Part shown: positions 1-11,051 of the stretch, one piece after another | How the letters are laid out: each line of letters begins with the position of its first letter | Numbering within the stretch: the stretch's first letter is position 1 | DNA from: Allobaculum fili | Lineage (GTDB): Bacteria > Bacillota_I > Bacilli_A > Erysipelotrichales > Erysipelotrichaceae | Assembly: GCF_020969955.1 (NCBI RefSeq) | Contig: NZ_JAHDSX010000021.1 | Span: 8,784 to 40,783 of the forward strand | Direction: 5' to 3' | Length of the DNA: 32,000 nucleotides | Translations under genes and position numbers: made by a program | Notes under the pieces: generated by a model | Told to the model about the DNA's origin: nothing | Seen by the model: only the letters and a program-made list of their open reading frames with translations | The model's database searches: none

Positions 1-264
1 GACTACGCCGCTGCCATGATCAATAAAGAAGCGCTTGCCGATCTGGGCCCCGGGATGGATATCGATTCCCGTTTTCTGCTGCGCACGCAGGGACATCCAG
101 CGCGCCAGAACATAATGTTTTTTCTGATACAGCCGATGGGTTCTGTACCAGGTTTTGATCGCCCGATAACCGGGCATCCTCAGGATTTCGAGTTTGGAAT
201 TTAAGGAAGGGTCAAGAGCCATGAAGCATTCCTGCTCTTCCTTGATAAACGCGCGATATCCCAT
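1..264 (-). CDS. cysE: serine O-acetyltransferase, N-terminal 88 codons (the rest lies beyond the window start)
   Basis: Not in the ORF track because it has no stop in the window. Manual minus-strand translation from ATG (262-264) gives [88 protein letters not shown]. This has the CysE pattern (R..TGI(D/E)IHPGA.IG.RFFIDHG.GVV). SD GGAAAGGA lies about 8 nt upstream. Confidence 0.8.
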   Translation of the reverse strand, partial: MGYRAFIKEEQECFMALDPSLNSKLEILRMPGYRAIKTWYRTHRLYQKKHYVLARWMSLRAQQKTGIDIHPGAQIGKRFFIDHGSGVV

Positions 265-610
265 AAAATCATCCTTTCCAGTCAACAGATTCAATTTTAA
301 TCAAAAAAACAGGCACCTGACTAATCAACGGCCTGTTCCCTTCCCCAACTTGTCGATTTTGAATGAAAATCCATGAAACCCGTTGGCATATCGTGTAAGC
401 AAGCCTCGTTTTTCACCAAAGCGGCAAATAAAACCGATCCGGCAGGACTTTTCCAAGACTAGAGGATGAAACCGTCCATGGCAAGATGCATTTTGAAGAA
501 AATCGATAGGATATCGCCAAGCCATGGCAAGGGACAGAGATTTAGTGCGGTCATCATCGAGCATCACACATTCCTCTTCGTTTTTAAATTGCCGTGAAGT
601 TTCATCCGGC
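265..610 (-). promoter_or_regulatory. long 5' leader of cysE ending in an intrinsic terminator; class unknown
   Basis: There are about 345 nt between the ppdK terminator and the cysE start. The terminator (303-337) sits only about 40 nt before the cysE ATG, leaving no room for a promoter after it. cysE must therefore be read through the terminator. I could not find a T-box (GGTGGTACCGCG) or SAM-I core. Confidence 0.4.
303..337 (-). terminator. intrinsic terminator / putative attenuator just upstream of cysE
   Basis: Minus strand reads ggaacaggccgttgattagtcaggtgcctgttttttt: an interrupted GC-rich stem followed by a T7 run. Confidence 0.6.
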
Positions 611-650
611 CAAAAGAAAACAGCGGACCGTTTTTGCGGGCGGTCCGCTG
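611..650 (-). terminator. rho-independent terminator of ppdK
   Basis: Perfect 10-bp stem cagcggaccg / cggtccgctg (621-630 / 641-650), followed on the minus strand by ttttctttt. Confidence 0.8.
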
Positions 651-736
651 TGGATCAACGAGATTCAATAGTCAGACGTATGGGTCTTCAGACACGCTGG
701 TCAGGAAATCCAGCATCTGGAATCATCGAAAGGATC

Positions 737-3367
<2,631 letters not shown>

Positions 3368-3814
3368 GCGTTTCCTCCTTGTTAAAATCTCATACTTCAT
3401 TATTTTACAAGGTTTTTCGGGAATGGAAACATCCTCATTGCAATCGCTTACACAATCTTCAAGCGAAATGACCACAAACGCGGCAGGTTTTAAAACGGCC
3501 GGACAGACGTCCTTCAGCTTGCATTTCCTGTTGCATCTGGCGAACGAATCCAAGGTGTAAAGCTCCTCAGCTAGCTCTTTTTCGTCCGGTGAAAAAAGAA
3601 GAAACGGTCTTGGAATCAGAGACGGAGAAGAAATAATCTTTTCGGGATTTTTATCGCATACGTCAGCGATCATCTTTATATAGGGCAGATTTTCTTTTTC
3701 ATCAAGAAGCAGCGAATAGAGAGGCTTCTGCGTAAACGGAATGTCCTTTTCCTTGAGCAGCAGGCGGGCCGCACGCGTTCGGGCGCATCCAGGAACGGTA
3801 AGCAGTACAGGCAC
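3368..3814 (-). CDS. upstream ORF in frame with ppdK and lacking its own stop; degenerate ArsC/Spx-family-like N-terminus plus a Cys-rich tail (relic, N-terminal extension or leader)
   Basis: GTG at 3812-3814 is preceded by GAAAGGAAG with a 7-nt spacer. The peptide VLLTVPGCARTRAARLLLKEKDIPF...LPYIKMIADV...SLIPRPFLL resembles the ArsC/Spx pattern (P.C..SR..., LVKLIADM, LINRPIV) with an internal deletion. All 149 codons are open and contiguous with the ppdK start. Confidence 0.35.
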
Positions 3815-4003
3815 AGTTCATCTTCCTTTCGAGATCTAGAGTCGATCCTGCAGAACGGGGATCGGGTCAAAAAAGCCCGAATTGCTTCAGACTCTTTAGG
3901 GTTTCCTTTCTGCGGGGAAACGTCTAAAGTGTAATAAATGATGCAAAAAATGTCATAAACTCGAAGAACCGAATGACACAATTTTCGCAATAAGGAGAAT
4001 TTC

Positions 4004-4987
4004 ATGAAGAGAATGCTCAGCGGAATCAAGCCGACCGGACGTCTGACTTTAGGCAACTACATCGGCGCCATCCGCGAATTTGTTAAGTATCAGGATGAAT
4101 ACGAAATGTTCATTTTCATCGCTAACCAGCACGCACTGACCATCCCGATTAAGGCGGCGGAACTGCGCCGCAACACGAAGGATCTGATCGCCATTTACCT
4201 GGCGGCCGGTCTCGATCCCAAAAAGGTTACCCTCTTTTTGCAGAGTGATGTTCCCGCCCACGCCCAGCTTGGCTGGATCATGACGTGCCTGTCCGGTTAT
4301 GGCGAACTGCAGCGGATGACACAGTTCAAGGATAAAATGGCCAAGCAGGAAACTGGCATTACCGCAGGTCTGTTTACGTACCCGTCTTTAATGGCAGCCG
4401 ATATTCTGCTTTACGATCCGGAATACGTACCGGTAGGTCAGGATCAGCAGCAGCATGTGGAACTGACCCGCGACCTGGCGGAACGCTTCAACAAGCGCTA
4501 TTCGGATACATTCACCATTCCAGAACCGCTCGTAACGAAAGTCGGTGCCAAAATTTACGACCTGCAAAACCCGACGAAGAAAATGTCCAAGTCCGAATCT
4601 TCGCCAAAAGGCGTAATCGACCTGCTCGACGATCCGAAATCCGCCCGCAACAAAATCAAGGGCGCCGTTACCGATTCCTTAGGCCATGTCGCCTTTGATC
4701 CGGAAAACCAGCCCGGCGTCTCCAACCTGCTGACCATTCTTTCCGCGCTCAGCGGCGAATCTATCGATTCCATTGTCGCCCGCTACGAAGGCAAGGGCTA
4801 CGGCGATCTGAAAGAAGAAACCGGCCAGGCCGTTCATGACTTTCTGACCGCTCTGCAGGCCAAATACAAGGAAATTCTTGCCGAAGGCAAAGTGGATGCC
4901 ATTCTCAAGGAAGGGGCAGAACGCGCCAGCAGAATCGCCAACAAGAAAATTTCCAAAGTGTACCGCAAAGTCGGTCTGAGTCTTTAA
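4004..4987 (+). CDS. trpS: tryptophan--tRNA ligase
   Basis: Class I aaRS: GIKPTGRLTLGNYIG (HIGH-type region), a KMSKS motif and a length of 327 aa. SD TAAGGAGAA lies upstream. Confidence 0.95.
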   Translation: MKRMLSGIKPTGRLTLGNYIGAIREFVKYQDEYEMFIFIANQHALTIPIKAAELRRNTKDLIAIYLAAGLDPKKVTLFLQSDVPAHAQLGWIMTCLSGYGELQRMTQFKDKMAKQETGITAGLFTYPSLMAADILLYDPEYVPVGQDQQQHVELTRDLAERFNKRYSDTFTIPEPLVTKVGAKIYDLQNPTKKMSKSESSPKGVIDLLDDPKSARNKIKGAVTDSLGHVAFDPENQPGVSNLLTILSALSGESIDSIVARYEGKGYGDLKEETGQAVHDFLTALQAKYKEILAEGKVDAILKEGAERASRIANKKISKVYRKVGLSL

Positions 4988-5036
4988 TTCGACTTTAGAA
5001 AAAACTTCTTAAGACCTGATTTCTAATCCAAAATAA

Positions 5037-5078
5037 AGGCCTCACGTCTCCTTTTGAAAGAGACGTGAGGCCTTTTGT
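5037..5078. terminator. bidirectional rho-independent terminator (trpS / convergent lipoprotein gene)
   Basis: Perfect 14-bp stem aggcctcacgtctc / gagacgtgaggcct, with an A-tract upstream and TTTT downstream. Confidence 0.85.
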
Positions 5079-5222
5079 GCTCTATTTGCGATAGGTAGGG
5101 TGCAGACCAAGTTTTTGACACCCAGATAAATCCCATCTGCATCCTTTGTTCAGACGGTCGGCATCATTTTCAAACCGGCTCTTTAGTCTACGCCAGGCTG
5201 TTCTTCGCAAACCCGATCTGGA

Positions 5223-5750
5223 TTACTGGGCGATCGCCAGCAGGCTCTGGGTAATGTGCAGATAGGCTTCGGTCCAGTATTTGGTTTCTGCGGCGCTCCA
5301 TCCATCGCTTCCCGATTCAAATCCGTCGAGCTTGTCATCCATGTCGGCGACTTTCGTCGTCCAGTTCGCCATTTCCAGAAGCAGTCCCATATCGCCCGGA
5401 TTTTGCATGTAGCGTTTCATGAAGTCGACATACTCGTCATAAAACTTCACATAAGCGTCGACCGCTTCCTTAAACTCCGGACGAATGCCGTCGGAAGCCG
5501 GCTGTTGGGCAGGTTCCTCTTTAGCGGGAGCGGGCTGAGGAGCCGGTTCCGGTTTTTTTTCAGCGACCGGCGTTTCTTCAACCGGCTTTTCCGATGGCGC
5601 AGCTTCCTTTTTGCTTTCGCTTGCGATCGATGAAATCGCAGAAGATTCTGTAATGCTTGTTTTTGCTGCTTTTTTACTGGAAGATCCGCACGCTCCAAGG
5701 ACCATACTGGTGGCGAGTGCTGCCATCAGCAGCGCATTTCGTTTTTTCAT
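5223..5750 (-). CDS. lipoprotein with a Pro/Glu/Ala-rich linker and an uncharacterised C-terminal domain
   Basis: The internal start MKKRNALLMAALATSMVLGAC carries a lipobox (LGAC), with SD AAAGGGA upstream. The 22-codon extension in the ORF track has no RBS. Confidence 0.75.
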   Translation of the reverse strand: MKKRNALLMAALATSMVLGACGSSSKKAAKTSITESSAISSIASESKKEAAPSEKPVEETPVAEKKPEPAPQPAPAKEEPAQQPASDGIRPEFKEAVDAYVKFYDEYVDFMKRYMQNPGDMGLLLEMANWTTKVADMDDKLDGFESGSDGWSAAETKYWTEAYLHITQSLLAIAQ

Positions 5751-6011
5751 ATGTGTTCCCTTTCTTTTTCGATCTTTTTCGTTTCTGATCTTTTTTTCTA
5801 TGAATGGATGGGCCAACGATTTTCAAAACTGTTCGGCTTCTTCACTGGATCCATTTTCAAAATCTCTGCATTTTCATTCCGACTTTTTCTGCTTCCGTAT
5901 CTCGTTTTTTCCTTTTCTGCTCGGATGAATGCTCCAGCGCAGACTGGCATCACCCGGGCGTATGGAGTAAACGGCCTAATCGGCCGGGAACTGGATCCAA
6001 AATTTGCCTGT

Positions 6012-6053
6012 AAGAAAAACGAACCGGCGAATCGTTCGAAATCGCCGGTTCGT
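6012..6053 (-). terminator. rho-independent terminator of the XRE regulator gene
   Basis: Perfect 12-bp stem acgaaccggcga / tcgccggttcgt, followed on the minus strand by tttttct. Confidence 0.8.
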
Positions 6054-6097
6054 ACTCTGGACTGGATCTGTATTCCGTAAGTTTTTCTGTACTGCGC

Positions 6098-6577
6098 TTA
6101 CTCCTCCGCGCTCTGGATCGGCTTCATCTTCAGCCAGAGTTCGAGCTCCCGGCCTGCCTGACCGAGATCTTTCATACGCTGACTGCTTTCCTTTAGAAAC
6201 TCCGCTTCTTCCGCGGTGATCGACTTGGCGGCTCCGAGCTGCAGCAGGCGCTGACGGTCGCCTTCGAGCTGGGTATACGCAAGTTCGGCATGAACGATGA
6301 TCTGAGCCAGTGAATAAAGTTCCACCGCTTTGTCATATTTCTGGCCAATAGCGCAATGCATGGCGCAATGGCAGCTGGAGAGCGTGTAATCGCCGTACGC
6401 TTCCTCCATGGCCAGAACATCGTGCGGATCGATCGCCGATTTGTTTCGTTCCATTTTTTCAAGCTGATTTTCGGAGAGATAGACGATTTTTTCTGACGCT
6501 TGCTTCCGGGTAAGCCCGGCCTTTTCGCGCGATTTCTGGTAAATGCTTTTCTGACTACGCAAAGATTTTCTTCCCAT
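6098..6577 (-). CDS. XRE-family helix-turn-helix transcriptional regulator with a Cys/His-containing C-terminal domain (start uncertain)
   Basis: HTH_3-like SIYQKSREKAGLTRKQASEKIVYLSENQLEKMERNKS is followed by SSCHCAMHCAIGQKY. I chose the start at MGRKSL (ATG 6575-6577). The ORF track's first ATG (6778) adds 67 basic, non-domain-like residues but sits 7 nt after a -10-like element (see findings). Confidence 0.7.
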   Translation of the reverse strand: MGRKSLRSQKSIYQKSREKAGLTRKQASEKIVYLSENQLEKMERNKSAIDPHDVLAMEEAYGDYTLSSCHCAMHCAIGQKYDKAVELYSLAQIIVHAELAYTQLEGDRQRLLQLGAAKSITAEEAEFLKESSQRMKDLGQAGRELELWLKMKPIQSAEE

Positions 6578-6992
6578 GAGCTGACTGGCGTCCCTTTGGG
6601 ACGCACTCCCTTCCAGGAAGCGCATCCGCAATGGACCCGTATTCAGCTGATTCTTTTTTGAAAAGGCACATCGCCCATGGCTTCCATTAAAGGGGCCGCA
6701 AATTTTGCGAGATGCCTTTATGAGTGATCCAATGAAAAACGAACGAGTTTTCGTTCGTGCATCCTTGAACAAGTTCATCGTATCAATCTAAATTTGTTAA
6801 ATATACATTCAAAACGGCGATTTCCTGATTGGTTTTCGCCTTTTTTGGCGGATTTATTTCCTGTCTCTGCTGTTCGGCTCGTTCCAAAACGCGTTAAAAG
6901 TACCCTATGTCGTACAAAAACTCAGGGGTTAAGGAAGAAAAGCTGATCACCAGCCAATCCTTTCTTGAGCGGAACGGCTTCTAAGCGCCAAT

Positions 6993-7027
6993 GAAAAAAG
7001 GACTCCAGCCTGATCTGGCTAGAGTCC
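6993..7027 (-). terminator. rho-independent terminator of the SIMPL-domain gene
   Basis: 11-bp stem ggactccagcc / ggctagagtcc with one mismatch, followed on the minus strand by tttttt. Confidence 0.75.
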
Positions 7028-7082
7028 CTGAATTTCTGTTCTATTCTGGCAAAAGCGATCCCTGGGGAGGCTTTTGCATAGT

Positions 7083-7706
7083 TTATTCGTTGTTGAGTTC
7101 CCAGCGGCTTTGCGCTTTGACGCAGAGCGTCTTGTACGGTCTGGCCGCAAAAGCCAGATACCCGCTGACAATTTCTTCAGCCGGTTTGGCCTCGCACGCG
7201 ATCAGGCCGCCGTTACCGGCACCGTCTTCGACGCGTTCAAATTCAATCTCACGACAGGATACGTTCGCTTCCCCAAGCTGTGCCCCCATCGCGGATGCCC
7301 GTTTTGACGCCATACGCAGTGCTTCGTCTTCGAGCGCCGCAAACGTCTCTTCGGTTTTATCGCAGGAAAAGGACAGAGAGATTTCGACCGGGAAGGAAGC
7401 GGCTGTGATGATTTGCCACAGGCGGCAGAGCTGTTCATGATCAAATCGCCCGCGTACTTTCAGCTTCGCCATCGCCCGTTGTTTCGGCGGATTATCCTGG
7501 GCGGCTGAATCGATATCGCATAGGCTGAATGAATTCGGATCAATGCCTGCGTTCTCCATAGAAGCCATCAGCTGATCGCTGCACTCCTGCAGACGGTGCA
7601 GACTGGCCTGCATGGAAAGCCCTTCGCACTTAATCGTGAGCGAAATTTCCATGCTGTCGCAGACCAGCGTCTTCTGCGCTTCCGTCTTCAAAACAACACT
7701 CGTCAT
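7083..7706 (-). CDS. SIMPL (DUF541)-domain protein, no signal peptide
   Basis: The two-lobed pattern ISLTIKCEG...ENAGIDPNSFSL and ISLSFSCDKTEETFAALEDEALRMASKRASAMGAQLGEANVSCREIEF is typical of SIMPL-family proteins. SD GAAGGAGAA lies upstream. Confidence 0.55.
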   Translation of the reverse strand: MTSVVLKTEAQKTLVCDSMEISLTIKCEGLSMQASLHRLQECSDQLMASMENAGIDPNSFSLCDIDSAAQDNPPKQRAMAKLKVRGRFDHEQLCRLWQIITAASFPVEISLSFSCDKTEETFAALEDEALRMASKRASAMGAQLGEANVSCREIEFERVEDGAGNGGLIACEAKPAEEIVSGYLAFAARPYKTLCVKAQSRWELNNE

Positions 7707-7749
7707 AGATTTTCTCCTTCAGATCAAGAGGTGTGATCCTGTTTCATAC

Positions 7750-7778
7750 ATCTTAAAGGATTATGAAAACTCTTTCAA
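7750..7778 (-). promoter_or_regulatory. sigma-70-type promoter candidate for the SIMPL-domain gene
   Basis: Minus strand reads TTGAAA - 17 nt - TAAGAT, about 45 nt upstream of the start. Confidence 0.4.
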
Positions 7779-7912
7779 TCCTTTAGGTAAAGGTGAATAA
7801 ATCCATTCGTGTTATTTTTGGAAAATTTCTTTCCCTCTTTTCATGCGAAATCGGTTTTTCAAAATAGAAAGACAATATGGATGCGTATTTCCCTTACCGT
7901 TGCGGGATCCCT

Positions 7913-9235
7913 CTACTTCTGCGAATTTACGCGCTGCGCAACGAGTTCCTTGAAAATATCTCCGCGCTGCTCGTAGCTTTTGAACTGATCAAATGAGGAA
8001 GTCGCCGGACAGAGCAGAATGACTTCACCTTCTCTGGCATTCGCCAGTGCCGCATCGAGTGCTTCTTCCATCGTTTCCAGTACTACGGTGTTTGAGAAAA
8101 TATCCGGGAACTTCGGTCCGATCTGTCCAAAGGCGTAGCACTTCGCGATCACCGGATCGTATTCCTTTAAAACGGAGTAGTCGATTCCCTTGTCCTTGCC
8201 GCCTGCAAGCAGATGAACGCCGCCTTTAAAACTGGAGAGCGCCGCGATAGCGGAATGGGTATTGGTCGCCTTGGAGTCGTTATAAATGCGAACGCCATTG
8301 AGTGTATCTACATATTCAATACGGTGTTCAACGCCTTTGAATGTCTGGATGACGTCTTCAATATCTTCCTGCTTCACGCCCATCAAATAAGCCATGGCAG
8401 CGGCCATCATCGCGTTGCCCAGGTTGAAATCGCCGACCAGTTTGAGATCGGCCGCGGTAAACAGCCGGGTGCCCTGAAGACAGACTTCCCCGTCTTTTAC
8501 ACAGAGATCCGCATTGGGATTCGTAAGCGAAAAATCAATCACCTGACAGGGAATGTTTCTGGCATACTGCATGATCGTTTCATCATCGATGTTACGGATG
8601 AAATAATCGTCCATCGTGCAGTTTTCGTAAATGCGGAATTTGGAAGCGTAGTACGCGTCCAGACTGTCCATGTAATCGAGATGGTCCGGCGCCAGATTGG
8701 AAACGACCGATACGTGCGGACGGAACGTATCGATGCCCAGCAGCTGGAAGTTGCTCAGTTCCAGTGCGATTTTTGCGGGTTTGTCCTTCAGTTCGAGAGC
8801 ACATTCAGAAAGTGGAATACCGATGTTTCCAGCCGCACGCGCGTTCGGATCGGCCTTTTTCAGCATTTCGTAAAGAATGGTCGTAATCGTCGTCTTGCCG
8901 TCCGTTCCCGTTACCGCCGCGTATTCAAGGTTTTTTGCGATGCGATACGCAGTTTCGATTTCGGTATAGACCGGTACGCCAGCTTCGACAAAATACTTCA
9001 CCAGCGGTGCTCGATACGGGATACCCGGATTTTTCACGACGAAAAGATAGTCTGTATTTTTCAGAAATTCAGGATGACCGCCGTCGTAGACGCGGATCCC
9101 CTCCTGTTCGAGTTCGTTCTTTTCAGGAACTTCCTTCATATCCGTGAGGATCACATCGTATCCGTTTTGGTTCAGTAACCGAGCGCCGGCTATGCCCGAA
9201 CGGGCGGCGCCAATGACAAGGACAGGTGCTGCCAT
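7913..9235 (-). CDS. murD: UDP-N-acetylmuramoylalanine--D-glutamate ligase
   Basis: VIGAARSGIAGARLL Rossmann N-terminus, GTDGKTTIT P-loop, GVEHRIEYV...NDSKATN, and SSFDQFKSYEQRGDIF at the C-terminus. SD AAAGGAGAA lies upstream. Confidence 0.93.
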   Translation of the reverse strand: MAAPVLVIGAARSGIAGARLLNQNGYDVILTDMKEVPEKNELEQEGIRVYDGGHPEFLKNTDYLFVVKNPGIPYRAPLVKYFVEAGVPVYTEIETAYRIAKNLEYAAVTGTDGKTTITTILYEMLKKADPNARAAGNIGIPLSECALELKDKPAKIALELSNFQLLGIDTFRPHVSVVSNLAPDHLDYMDSLDAYYASKFRIYENCTMDDYFIRNIDDETIMQYARNIPCQVIDFSLTNPNADLCVKDGEVCLQGTRLFTAADLKLVGDFNLGNAMMAAAMAYLMGVKQEDIEDVIQTFKGVEHRIEYVDTLNGVRIYNDSKATNTHSAIAALSSFKGGVHLLAGGKDKGIDYSVLKEYDPVIAKCYAFGQIGPKFPDIFSNTVVLETMEEALDAALANAREGEVILLCPATSSFDQFKSYEQRGDIFKELVAQRVNSQK

Positions 9236-9583
9236 GCTTTTCTCCTTTACGCATCGGCCAGGCTTTCGTTTCGGCCGATTTTCTTCTGCTTTTCCAAAGA
9301 GACTGGTCTCTCTTTGTATTCGTTTTGCTCCAGACCGTATTGCTCATGCTGCATCTAGCTCTCGCTTTACGAGGTGAAGGCAAGCTGGCCTTTACGGTAT
9401 TCAGGCAAAAATCTAAAACTTCAATATCTAAATTCGTTTAATTCGGTTTTGATTGTATCGCTTTTGTGCGCCATACGCGAAACTCTAAAGCTTTTCGCCG
9501 AGTTTCAAAAGAATCAATCCGACCAGATTCGGCGATATATAGAGGCGTTTCGCTGTTTCGCTGGTTAGAGATTTGAATGGCAT

Positions 9584-9614
9584 GAAAAAGGCCTGATTCC
9601 TTTTCGAACCAGGC
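9584..9614 (-). terminator. rho-independent terminator after mraY
   Basis: Minus strand reads gcctggttc-gaaaag-gaatcaggc (9 bp including one G-U pair), followed by ctttttc. Confidence 0.65.
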
Positions 9615-9631
9615 AAATGAATCAACGGGAA

Positions 9632-10645
9632 TTAATGAAGAATAGCCAGCAGGATGGAAAGCGCGCCGGCGACCATGCCGCAGCCCCAGAACACGTAGCA
9701 GACTTTCATCTCACTCCAGCCCTTCTTTTCAAAATGATGGTGAAGCGGCGCCATCAGGAAGATGCGCTTTCTGGTCTTTTTATAATAGGTGACCTGAATG
9801 ATATCCGAGAGCGCTTCCGCAATGAAGACGATACCTGCAATCAGCAAATACAATTCCGTCTGGGTAACCATAGCCGCTGCGGCAAGCAGACCGCCAAGAG
9901 CCAGGGAGCCCGTGTCGCCCATGAACACTTTGGCCGGATGAATATTGAAAAACAGATAGCCGATCAGGGCGCAGATGACCAGAAACAGAATCAGAGCGGT
10001 ATTCAGATCGTTCATCCACACCGCAAAGCAGAGAAACGGAATGAAAGCAGCAATGCAAAGGCCTGCGCAAAGGCCGTCTACGCCATCCGACAGGTTGACT
10101 GCGTTGGTCGTGCCGGTAAACATGAAAAAAGCGATGATCACAAACAGCCAGGTGGGAAGAACCGCAAAGGACAGGTTGTGCAAATAGAAGGCCGGCTCAT
10201 TGTACATAAGATAGAGCGCGATCAGAACGAGCGCGAGAATCGACTGCAGACCAAACTTCAGTTTTGGTTTTAAACCGATGTTGGAGTGCTGAACGACGAT
10301 CAGATAATCATCCGCAAAACCGATCAGACCATAGCCGACATACGCCAGCAGAACAATGGCTGTGTTGATCGTCCAGCCAAACGGCCGGAAGAAAGCGTAA
10401 TACACAAGGTAGACGAGAACAGGAATGAGAACAAAGGCGATTCCGCCCATCGTCGGGGTTCCCGATTTGGCTTTATGACTTTCCAGTCCTTCCTCTCGCT
10501 CCGTCTGGCCGTATTTGAGCTTGCGTAAATAGCGAATCAGCGCCGGCATGCACGCCAGCATCAGACAAAGCACCGCAATTCCAGACAGGATGACCATCGT
10601 CAGAAGCCCCGGAGTACTGGGCAACCCGTTAAACATAGATAACAT
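9632..10645 (-). CDS. mraY: phospho-N-acetylmuramoyl-pentapeptide transferase
   Basis: A 10-TM protein with LKYGQTEREEGLESHKAKSGTPTMGG, NAVNLSDGVDGL and HHHFE motifs. Confidence 0.95.
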   Translation of the reverse strand: MLSMFNGLPSTPGLLTMVILSGIAVLCLMLACMPALIRYLRKLKYGQTEREEGLESHKAKSGTPTMGGIAFVLIPVLVYLVYYAFFRPFGWTINTAIVLLAYVGYGLIGFADDYLIVVQHSNIGLKPKLKFGLQSILALVLIALYLMYNEPAFYLHNLSFAVLPTWLFVIIAFFMFTGTTNAVNLSDGVDGLCAGLCIAAFIPFLCFAVWMNDLNTALILFLVICALIGYLFFNIHPAKVFMGDTGSLALGGLLAAAAMVTQTELYLLIAGIVFIAEALSDIIQVTYYKKTRKRIFLMAPLHHHFEKKGWSEMKVCYVFWGCGMVAGALSILLAILH

Positions 10646-10994
10646 GAAATTTCGCCTCTCTTATTTGTATAAGGGTATCGACCTCGATCTGTGTTTCTTC
10701 TTCCGGCAGCGCAAATCCATTTCCAAAGGGATGCGTTGATCGTTTAGGACACCCGTTCAGAATTACGGCACAAAAAGCCGTTTTTCTATGCGAAAGAAAA
10801 AAGATAGAGGATACAGCGGGTCGAAATCCCGTTTCAATTCCATTTTCAATACCGATCGAGGCTGTTCACATACGCCGGACTGCCGGATTCTGATCGCAAA
10901 AAACACCAGAAAAGCAGCCGGGAAAAATAGATGAGCAGCCTGCTTCTGCCGGATTTGCGTACCAAAAAAGGACGCAGGCGGGCAGATCGCATGA

Positions 10995-11003
10995 ATTATA
11001 CCA
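10995..11003 (-). promoter_or_regulatory. extended -10 promoter candidate (TGgTATAAT) for a long-leader mraY transcript
   Basis: Minus strand reads catGGTATAATtc. The -35 is poor. It would give a 5' UTR of about 340 nt. Confidence 0.35.
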
Positions 11004-11051
11004 TGATTGGGAAAACGCAGGAAAAACGGGATTTCCCTATTCTGCGTACGA

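Noticed and set aside
265-610. Cys T-box or SAM-I riboswitch upstream of cysE
   Set aside because: I searched both strands by eye for GGTGGTACCGCG-like and GAGGGA...GGTGCTAA elements. Only a partial resemblance (GCCGGATGAAACTTCACGGCAA) was found, without the rest of the SAM-I core. It is retained as an unknown leader, not as a known riboswitch.
3815-4003. Expected Trp T-box leader upstream of trpS
   Set aside because: The whole divergent intergenic region is only 189 nt. It contains no T-box sequence, specifier-loop architecture or terminator.
3676-4056. 126-aa minus-strand ORF overlapping the trpS start and the ppdK-upstream region
   Set aside because: It starts inside the trpS coding sequence on the antisense strand, and its ATG near 3822 abuts the SD with no spacer. 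Its sequence is not protein-like. The in-frame GTG ORF at 3814 explains the RBS better.
5751-5816. N-terminal extensions given by the ORF track (also 12721-12777, 20501-20614, 21770-21838 and 31488-31526)
   Set aside because: Internal ATG or GTG codons with proper SD sequences coincide with the conserved protein N-termini or signal peptides. The extensions lack an RBS or overlap the upstream gene.
10816-10831. T-arm-like gcgggtcgaaatcccg in the mraY leader
   Set aside because: It is an isolated 4-bp hairpin and no other tRNA or tmRNA elements surround it.
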